Positions 36,515 through 46,874 of a stretch of DNA of 64,000 bases are shown piece after piece (position 1 is the first letter of the stretch; every line of letters begins with the position of its first letter). Where the stretch lies: contig JBHGNT010000012.1 of assembly GCA_043228905.1 (NCBI GenBank), forward strand, positions 992,001 to 1,056,000, in the 5' to 3' direction. This DNA comes from Azolla caroliniana (Eukaryota; Plantae; Polypodiophyta). The notes beneath the pieces were generated by a model. That model did not search any database, was not told the origin of the DNA, and saw only the letters and a list, made by a program, of their open reading frames with translations. Made by a program: the position numbers and the translations under genes.

Positions 36515-39500
36515 CACTGTTACGCTCTCTCTCTTCTTGCACCAACAAGAATGACAACTCCTTACTCAATAAGTTTGCCCTAAGTCATATTTATACTAAT
36601 ATGACTTTTCAGCTATTTACAAATATAGCCTCGATGGACTCTCAGAAACATATTTATGAATATGTCTCTTCATCCGGTGAGCACTCCTCACCAGGTACTT
36701 GCCATCCGGCTCTCCGTAGCCAGGTACTCCTCATCCGGCTCTCCGTAGCCGGGTACTCCTCATCCGGTTCTCACCGGGTCTGCACCATCTGGCTCTCCGT
36801 AGTCGGGTACTCCTCATCCGGAGGGACCTGTCTCCCAACAGTCTATTATCAAACATTAAAGCATTATGCATATTCCAATTGTGTTGTAGACCCCAATAAT
36901 GTAAAAATTGGAACAATATCTCCATCTCATCATTTGATCCATTTTGAACATATCGAGAAAAAACCCATTGTTGAGGTCTCAAATAACAATGGGTTAAAAC
37001 TTGCCAAATGGTACACGCTATAGGACATTTAATGAACCTATGTGTACTATCCTCCAATGGAACAATGCAAAAGAAACAAGTGCCAGACCCTAGTTCTCGT
37101 CTCTTTAAGGCCAAACCTAATGGGAACCCACCAATCATGACTCTCCATATTTCACCTTTGCACGAAATGGTAGATGGGAATGCCAACCACATTATAATAT
37201 TTTCCACCACCTTGCATCTAACCTATATACATTCCACAACTTCGTTGCTTTAGGAGATAGCCAAGATAATGGTGCCATCGCATGATGATACAATATATTT
37301 GTAGTGACCTGTAACAAACATGTACCATCTTGTAACCGCCAATCTACCCAAGGTGCAAAATTGGTTTGCAATGGCAAAGATCCTTGCAACAATGGTATAT
37401 CATGTAATTTCTCCCAAATAAATCCATAATTTGGGGGAATACATAACCATCTCTTGGCATCTTCAAAATCTGACAACCTTTGAGATTCATTATCAACCAC
37501 ATCTTCCAAATGTACAATCCCGAATCGAAATAAACAATTGAATTGAGATCTCAACTTCTCTTTCTCATGCTAAAATAACACTTAAGAAGAAACAAGCAAT
37601 TCGTTTTGTAATGAATTACAATATTCTCGATCACTTAATGGTCCCCATTCAAAAAGAGATAACGCATCTTACCACGATCTTACCAAATGTTGTCCACATA
37701 CAAAATGTCGAATCTTTAGAGGAATACTTCCATTCAATAGTGACCACCATGATGCTTGAATCTTTGTTTTCCCATGCACCAATCCTTCATGCTCAATAAA
37801 ATATTGCATCATAGATATCCATGGTTGATCTTGTTGACATATATCTCGTAATAATGTAAATCTACGAGCCATCAAATGCCTTTCCAAATCCAATATTATT
37901 GCACCACCTAACCTTTTAGGAGTAGCCAAATGGTCCCATGAAATCCATGTAACTCCCACCATTTCTTCCTTCCGCCACAACATGAACCGAATAGGTTGTA
38001 ACATGCTTTGTAATGTCTTCTTAGTCCAAGGAAGTAAAGGCAAAAAATATAATAACATGGGTATCAAGATACATTGCACCACTTTGAGTCGTACATGAAA
38101 GGGCCATAATTGAGACTTCCAATACATAAATTTGTCCCTCAATTTACTACCAATCCAATCAATCAATTGAACATTTGTAACATCAATGCCCAATGGATAA
38201 CCCAAATGTCGATAAATTGAACCTCGTGTAATCACTAACCCTTGTCATCCCAAACATTCCAAATCACTCTCCGTACAAGAAATAAGACAAGACTTCCTCC
38301 AATTTATATACAACCCTGAAGCCAAAGCAAATTGATCCCAAACTTGCATACTCCTTTTAAGATTTTCTTTTGAGGCTTGTAAAAACATAAAAGAATCATC
38401 TGCCAATGCTTGTGCCACCAATTCTCCACCAGAAGGAAGATGCAAACCCACAATATCACCACTGGCCGCAAGATTTGACAACATTACTAACAAAGGATGT
38501 GTAACAATAGCAAATAACAATGGGCTTAGTGGACATCCTTGACGCGTGGATCTAGTAAGAAACACTTTCGAAGTGACTCCGCCATTAAACATCACACGAG
38601 AGGTTGCATTTTGTCCTAGCAAAAAGATAAGTCGACACATATGAGGACCAAACCCCATGTTATACATCACACCTGAGAGGAAAGACCAATTAACATGATC
38701 ATATGCTTTTTCCAAATCTAATTGCACCATAACCATTTCTTGATGTGTATGTCGAGCATAATCGGTCACCATTTGAACATTCAAAACAATATGCAATATA
38801 TTTCTACATGTAATAAAACCATATTGAGATAGATGAATAAGTTGACGTAAGAACTTAAGTCTGTTGGATAATATATTTGCAAACACTTTGTACAACACTC
38901 CCATCAATGAAATAGGCCTCCATTGATGAAATGACTCCGGAGATGGTACCTTTGGTATCAATTTGATTAAGCCCACCTTCCAGCTCTCAGGCATGAAACT
39001 AGAATCCCAACATTGTTGAAACATTTGTGTGAATGGACTCTTAAGCATGCACGCATACTTCTTAAAAACTTCATTTGTAACACCATCCTAGTCAGGGCTT
39101 TTACCATTTGGAAGGTGTAACAATACCTTTTCCATCTCAACTCCTTCAAAATCAACATCCAATTCTTGACAAATATTTGTATTCACGGCACTCCCAATTA
39201 CATTATAAAACTCTTGTCCTGCTTTCAAGACATCCTCATTAATAATCAAATTTGGCCCAATCAAATTCTTAAAATGAGTAATACATAACTCAATAACCTT
39301 GATTGGGTCTACAACAATGTCATCCCCTATCTTAATTTGTACCACATTTGCACGAGCATATGGTGGTCATAATCCTTGAAAAAACATATGAGATTGTGAT
39401 TGATTATCTATAAATCTCTCATTTAATTGACGTAATCTTTACTCTTGTCTGTTGATAACTTTGACAAGGCCAATTCTTCACAATGTCATGTACTTGAACT

Positions 39501-39880
39501 TGAACATCCAAAAGCTCTTCACCATGTGGATTATTCATCAATAGTACATTGCACCGCGTAAGAATATATGAAAACTTATCAATCAATTTCTTACGTCTTT
39601 TAGCATTAGTCATACCATATATACGATGAATACCATTGATGTTTTGTAGTTTTGTATCCCATGCATGCCATCCTTTTGAAATAACTTGTTCTGAAAACAT
39701 GCCAAAAATTTGTTGCATATAGGCATCAAATAAAGAATGTAATAATAAAGAAGAATTAAACCTCAAAGGAAGTCGTTGAAGCAATATTTTGTACATATCT
39801 ACCCCATGTTTATTAAACTCGAAACATATGGGAAAATGATCCGATGTCACAAGCTCTTGCATAATTGACATATTAAGCAT
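31345..39880 (-). mobile_element. Degenerate 5'-truncated L1-type LINE ORF2 in unit 2, interrupted by the copia element
   Basis: TSDHFPI endonuclease end, RT motifs, YRHLGYPLG, PKRLGG and zf-RVT (CFFC...EDSTHRFIKC). The frame continues across the copia insertion into 31572-31490. Confidence 0.9.
31573..36840 (-). mobile_element. Full-length Ty1/copia element (Tnt1/Tork-like), inactivated
   Basis: LTRs 31573-32112 and 36199-36840 (TG...CA). tRNA-iMet PBS TGGTATCAGAG (36195-36185). PPT next to the 3' LTR. gag (CFYCGKPG), PR (VDSGAS), IN, RT (YLDD), RNase H in copia order. Flanks share GTCT. Confidence 0.95.
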
Positions 39881-39895
39881 CTTTCTCTCTTTTTC

Positions 39896-40081
39896 TCGTC
39901 ATTAGCTTACCCTAGTGGTAAGTTGTTAACACTACAAGCACTACTTCTTGGGTTCAAAGACAAAACCCAATTTTCTCACTTCTCTTTATAATATACTTCA
40001 TATATATCTCTTAATTCATTAGATGCCACTGTGGAATGTAAGGATTGAACCCATGACCACTTGAGCTACATCCATATGGGC
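39896..40081 (-). mobile_element. Double-tRNA-headed SINE-like repeat copy with internal deletion
   Basis: Paralogue of 23890-24086, next to (CT)n. Confidence 0.75.
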
Positions 40082-41579
40082 TCTCTCTCTCTCTCTCTCT
40101 AGTTGAGGACTTGGTTCATGCACTAGGTACTTTTCTTGTAGTGGTCGTGGATTGCATACATGATGTTAAGATCTTTAGTCTGATATCTCCCAATTGAACT
40201 ATGCCAGTTAGAAATTCATGACAAAACTTATCCTTAAGTTTCACATTCTATGCCGTATAAACAAGTTTATTGTAGTTTAATCATGAGTATATTTCTATTC
40301 TTCTCTATTGTGAAATGCACATAGGGAGGATCCGAACTAGACAATTTTTCTTCTTACTTGCTATTTAATTTATAGTTGATGCAGAGGTCCCCATTTGGGT
40401 TGGTTTGGCTACCAACTAATGTTGGCACAAAGGAACAAAGGTACACCACAACATGAAGCCTTGCGCTTGCTCAAAAAGTGGCATAAAGGTACGCCACACT
40501 ATTATGGTTTTAATATATTCTTATTAAGTGTCCTTTTGGATTTAGAGTAAAATTTATATCATAAAATTTACCCTAAACCAAGTGTATAGTGTAAGTGGTG
40601 TATAGCAAGCGTGCATAAACTCTTGGATGGGATCATCATCAATAGAACAATATGCCACTTAGCAACACCAAGTTATCACGTAGTACTCGACATTTAACGC
40701 CCCTTGCTCGACGTGAAAATAAATTGTTGTTATGTAAATGTTCGTGCTTGTGCTACTTGAGTGGGATAACGAGGGTTTCAAAGGTGGGAGGATGAGAATG
40801 TTGGGAGGATGTGAGGACGCGAAGGTTGGGAGGACTCGATTATTGGGAGGATGTGTAGGTTGAAAAGACATGAATGTTGGGACGACACAAAGATTAGGAG
40901 GATGTGAACGTTCGGAGACGATTGAAGGACATGAACGTTCAGAGTACACAAACAAAGGACGTGGATAAATGAGGCAAATGCCCCCGAGGTGAATGAATAG
41001 GAAGTCACCAATGATGACAACATGAAGCGCCCAATCATCAAACAAGGGCGTCGGGTTCCTATTTACGTGACATATCAATCACCTAGTTGCTAGGATATCA
41101 TCAAGAATGAAGGCCCATTGAACTGCAAAATAAACAATGGACTAATCGTTTGACGCACTCAAAGCTCACAGAGGGAAAGAGGGAGGGTGCTTGTGAGCAC
41201 TACACACGTTGGTATGAGTGGCAACCAAGCAAACCAACAAAATAAGTGTGAAGTTGTCCGCCATAGTTATAAGGAGAGTTGTATTTCCAATGCAGAATTG
41301 CATAGTGGCCGAAAATGCGTTTAGAGGCAGAGTGGCTCGATACCATTCACGCTCTTCGAGTTGAAAGCGGGTGTTTGGGCAACACCGAAACCGATGCGGT
41401 TTGTTGGCATTGCGATGGACGGTTTCACACTAGCCCATCACATGCATGCATGTAACATCTATAAGAGTGAGTGAGTGAGAGAGAGAGAGAGCCCAATACC
41501 AATGGAGAACAAGGAGTGCAACCTACCTAGTAGTTAGGAGTCGGTAACGGCTCCGCTCAAGCCTTAACCGAGCCATTAA

Positions 41580-42172
41580 ACTATTCATAAACAATTTGGT
41601 TTGGTTTTTGTTTTATATAAATGGTTTGGTTAAGCTTGGTTTGCTTTCAAGGAAAAGAAATCGAACCGAACCGCCTATTTAAATGATGATTCTAACTTTA
41701 TTTATACATAATACTCAACTAATCTCAAAACTTATGCTCATGTTAACTCTATTTAGTTTGTCAACTGCAAATTCCATAGAAAGGACATTACAATACCTTG
41801 CTTGGGGGATAAAAAACAAATCTCCTATATCCTTATATATATATACTCACTAATCTCAAAACTTTTGCTTGTGTTAACTTGATTTAGTTTGCTGACTGCA
41901 ATTACATAGAAGGACATTATAATACCTTAGGGGATAAAAACAATCTGTCCTGACGAAAGTCCAGGAGTCATGTCTCTCTACCAATGCAACTAGAGATCCC
42001 AACTACTTGGAAACTTGTTGCACCACATACAAGAATAGGAGCCCAACACATATTTGCTATTGCAAGAGAGCCTTTCACGTTATCTACTCAGATGCATTTG
42101 GAATGACAAGTCATTGGTATTTCATCAAAGATTACGTGGTGTAGTGGTTTCCCTTTGCATTACATACCTTGT

Positions 42173-42208
<36 letters not shown>

Positions 42209-44954
42209 TTTAGCTAACAAGCAGACATCTTTAGGCTTGTGTTTTTTGCCGAATCATTGAAGTAATTGCTTCTTCAATCAGAAAAAGGCAAAAATCTTCA
42301 TAAACCATGATTATTCTTTTTGGGATTGCCAAACTTAGAGTTTTTTTTTCCAAGGTTCAGTGACAATGAAACAAACATTTTAACATCTACCCTTTGTACT
42401 TCTTATTGTACCCTTGCCCTATCCTTCAACCTTCTATATATTTATTGTTCGACTTGTTTCCCCAATGTGCGCTTCTCACATCATGAAACGCTTGTATTAA
42501 TATGAGTAAGCACCAACTACCCTCTTAATTATTGAGGTGAATGGAGAGAGTGGTGCAACTAATGTATGGGTTAACAACTTGTTGCATAGTAGGGACCTTA
42601 CTTAGAGTTCTAAGCTTAGATCTCCATATATTTGTGTCCTTTTGTTTGTCGTACTTTTTCCACTTTTAGTGAACCACTAAACCAAGTATTAACATTACCG
42701 ATGTTGATCAAACTCCAAACGTTAAAAAGGGATATCTCCTATGTAACGTTATATAGTTTATCCATGTCATGTTCATCATGAGGCATTAAATCATATCATG
42801 CGAAAATGTAGGAGACAACTATATGCCAAACTTTTCATGCACAAAGTATTGATCTACCAATACAATTCACATGATCGTAATACAAATATCAACATTCACT
42901 AGGACTTTGTATAGAAGAAACACATGGTATTTGAAAACTTGACGTCGCAATTAATGAACATGATCATTCATGAACGTACAAGTAACACTTCACAACTACT
43001 ATGTAACATAAACAATAGCTTGGTGCATCAAATTTGAAGGGAGTTGTTATTACATATGAAATCATATCTTTATTAATGAACAAAAACAACTTTATTTCAC
43101 TCTGTGTGATTGTTTATGAATCACGCATTGTTTTATGGAACATTATTAGAAATGGAATTGGAAAAGTGGTTTAATTTAATCGTCATCTTCTGATGGAGTT
43201 GGAGCAGGAGGAATTGGTGTTGAGGGAGGAGTCAGAGCAGGAATAGTTGGAGCAAGAGGTGGAGTAGGAATTGGAGAAATAGTTGGAGTTGGATATACTG
43301 ATGGACAAGGTTGGGGCTCAGGCTCAGGTTCATCCGCATAGGTTTTTGATGGCCCATGAAGGACTAACATTGTGACAAAAAGGAAAATGCACAAAAATCG
43401 GAATCGTTGCAACTCCATCTTCCCCATGATAATACAAGTTATATATTGGATAACATTTAAATTGTGTATGGAGTATGTAATTAAGTTTGCTTCTCGTTGC
43501 TACAAAAGCTTTCCCCCCCCCCCCCCATCTTATAGTGCCTCAACACCTTGATGTATCATCAATACCAATGAAAAATTTCATAAATGATTCGTGAAAATAA
43601 CAACCATGGAAATTGGAATCTTACAATGAAAATAAGCAATAATTGTTTTCCCTTCCCTCGGGTTTTCTAGGATATTCTAACTCTTCATTTTCAAGCATTT
43701 AATTCATTAAATTGATTTTGATGAGGTGCTTCGTTATACTATCTCTTTCCGTTTTTCAATGAATGAAATCTTTGATATTAGAAAAACATATATTACAAGA
43801 CATGATATTTACATTTCAAGAGCTCCATGGGCAATTTCGATTGAAAATTGCAAAGGCACAGTCCATGATATGCTTAGGTAAAATTGCTCGGAAATGATGG
43901 TCGGCAAAAGTTTTCATCTAAAGATTATCGATAACAGTTAGTATGGAATGTTAGTGGATATTGAATAGTGATTATTTTGCGTGCATGCCTTAATGTTTCA
44001 AATAATTTTCAACATCTTCAATTTCAAGCAATTGCTTTACTGAAATGATTTGGATGGTGTATACATTTGTTTCATAAAAAGCACAAATATACATACATAT
44101 TACAAACATACATCAACATGCATACACATACATATACATAAGTTTCTAGACATTCATGTAAGCACATGGTTAATCAATCATACACATTAAAACACGTGCC
44201 CTTAATCAATTGTACACATTCATAGAATTGCAAATTTGAGGTAGGTGCATTGTTTATCACATTCTATCTTTACATGAATTCTTACTTTTTGTGTGTTCTA
44301 TGTAATAGGTATTGATGTCCCAATGGCATCTGATCGACACACAAAGTCGAGGGAAGTGAAAGTTTGTATTTTGAGGTATATTTTAGTGTAATTTCAATGG
44401 TCCATAACTTCCCTTGATTTTATTGGCAAGGAAATACAAAAGGCATGTCAAACATCGTAACCAACCGATGGTTGGCACACCCTTAGATTGGCTAAGTGTG
44501 GGATTGATTGATAAGATGCCACTTTCTACAGGATCATGTACTGGTTCTTTGGATTGAATGTAATCTCAATGAGAACTTTGATGAGATTCATCTAAGAGGT
44601 GGGCTTGTGTTCAAAACAAGGTTAGGTGAATTTGTGAAGTTGTACTTCCCTCAAATGGAGACCCAATATTTGTCCAAATCTCTTACCCTAGGATTATTGT
44701 TCTTATCTACACTAGAGAGTTTTACACACCCAATTGTTTCTTAATATTTCTGGGATGGCAAAATCTATCACAAAAAATTATGTACTCATGGTTCGATCTA
44801 ACTGTCCGTAATTAGATCGAACTCCTATCCTTGTTCTTCACCCTTGTATATATTGACTTCTTGTTTAACACCGTTATCTTCTTCAACCTTATAGTAACAT
44901 ATGTCTCTCTCAACATGATGGGGTGTGAGGATGACTCTTGTATGAAGAAACGTT

Positions 44955-45021
<67 letters not shown>

Positions 45022-46240
45022 TAATATTCACATGCTTCCATTTGGTACTTGCTGAGGACTTTATTCATGCACTAAGTACTTTTCGTGTAGTGATTGTGGA
45101 TTGAACACATGACGTTCAGATCTTTAGTCTGATCTCTCGCAATTGAACTATGCCTATTAGAAATTCATGACAAAACTTATCCTTAAGTTTCACATTCTAT
45201 GCCGTATAAACAAGTTTATTGTAGTTTAATAATGTGTATATTCCTGTTCTTCTCTATTGTGAACTAGACAATTTTTCTTCTTACTTGCTATTTAATTTAT
45301 AGTTGATGTAGAGGTTCCCATTTGGGTTGGTTTGGCTACCAACTAATGTTGGCACAAAGGAACAAAGGTACACCACAACATGAAGCCTTGCGCTCACTCA
45401 AAAGGTGGCATAAAGCTACGCCACACTATTATGGTTTTTATATATTCTTAAGTGTCTTTTTGGATTTAGAGTAAAATTTATATCATAAAATTTACCCTAA
45501 ACCAAGTGTATAGTGTAAGTGTTGTATATCAAGCGTGCATAAACTCTTGGATGGGATCATCATCAATAGAACAATATGCCACTTAGCAACACCAAGTTAT
45601 CATGTAGTGCTCGACATTTAACGCCCCTTGCTCGACGTGAAAATAAATGCCCCCGAGGTGAATGAATAGGAAGTCACCAATGATGACAACATGAAGCACC
45701 CAATCATCAAACAAGGGCGTCGGGTTCCTACTTACGTGACATATCAATCACCTAGTTGCTAGGATATCATCAAGAATGAAGGCCCATTGAACTGCAAAAT
45801 AAACAATGGACTAATCGTTTGACGCACTCAAAGCTCACATAGGGAAAGAGGGAGGGTGCTTGTGAACACTACACACATTGGTATGAGTGGCAACCAAGCA
45901 AACCAACAAAATAAGTGTGAAGTTGTCCGCCATAGTTATAAGGAGAGCTGGATTTCCAACGCAGAATTGCATAGTGGCCGAAAATGCCTTTAGAGACAGA
46001 GTGGCTCGATACCATTCACGCTCTTCTAGTTGAAAGCGGGTGTTTGGGCAACACCGAAACCGATGCGGTTTGTTGGCATTGCGATGGACGGTTTCACACT
46101 AGCCCATCATATGCATGCGTGTAACATCTATAAGAGTGAGTGAGAGAGAGAGCCCAATACCAATGGAGAACAAGGAGTGCAACCTGCCTAGTAGTTAGGA
46201 GTCGGTAACGGCTCCGCTCAAGCCTTAATCGAGCCGTTAA
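41580..46240. repeat. Tandem duplication unit 3 (~4.66 kb, without the large insertions)
   Basis: Continuous core in which the (CT)n at ~44956-45015 joins directly to sequence that lies ~9-10 kb further on in units 1 and 2. Confidence 0.95.
43176..43427 (-). CDS. Small secreted proline-rich protein, copy 3, 83 aa
   Basis: As copies 1 and 2; equals the consensus of the three copies. Confidence 0.8.
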   Translation of the reverse strand: MGKMELQRFRFLCIFLFVTMLVLHGPSKTYADEPEPEPQPCPSVYPTPTISPIPTPPLAPTIPALTPPSTPIPPAPTPSEDDD

Positions 46241-46672
46241 ACTGTTTTAAAACGGTTCAAGCTTGAGCTTGCAAAACTAGTTTGAGCTCAGTTTGGCAAA
46301 GCTCAAGCTTATCTAAAGCGTTTTGGGCCAAACCGGTTTAGTGTTCAACGGTTCAAGCTTGAGCTCAGTTTGGCAAAGCCCAAGCCGATCTAAATCGTTT
46401 TGGGCCAAACATGTTTAGTCTTAATCGAGTTAGTGTTCAACAGTTCAGGCTTGAGCTTCCAAAACTAATTTGAGCTCAGTTTGGCAAAGCTCAAGCTGAT
46501 CTAAACCGTTTTGGGCCAGACCGGTTTAGGGTTAATCGGTTCGGACAAACCGGGTAAGGCTTAACCGGTTTAGGAACCGGTTGGGTTCTAAGTTTGAAAA
46601 CATGCGAAGTGGTTTAAGGCTTAACCGATTTGGTGTGGACAAGGCCAAACCGGTTAACCCGAAACCGAACCG
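46200..46672. repeat. AACCG/GAGCT-rich degenerate repeat element at the right border of the array, directly upstream of PHR2
   Basis: Internal repeats TTGAGCTCAGTTTGGCAAAGC and GTTTTGGGCCA; dense AACCG motifs. Confidence 0.55.
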
Positions 46673-46874
46673 TTTGTGTGTTTGAAGATGATGAATCTGA
46701 AGAAGAAGAAGAACTCTCTAGATTGTGAATCCAGCCTAAAGACTTTGTGAAGGTAGAAAATGGATGGCAGGGAAACCACTGTAGTTTCCATGGAAAGTTG
46801 AAGAAGAAGAAGAAGAAGAAGAAGAAGAAGAAGCAGAAGCAGAAGCAGAAGAAGCAGCAATTGTAGAGGTGGCC

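Larger units (their letters stand above)
25690..41580. repeat. Tandem duplication unit 2 (core plus hAT MITE, RTEX-like LINE, L1, copia and SINE-like repeats)
   Basis: Direct sequence identity to units 1 and 3. Confidence 0.95.

Noticed and set aside
36223-37023. 266-aa + strand ORF (and the 177-aa ORF at 31749)
   Set aside because: Antisense read-through of copia LTR microsatellite and tandem repeats; not protein-like.
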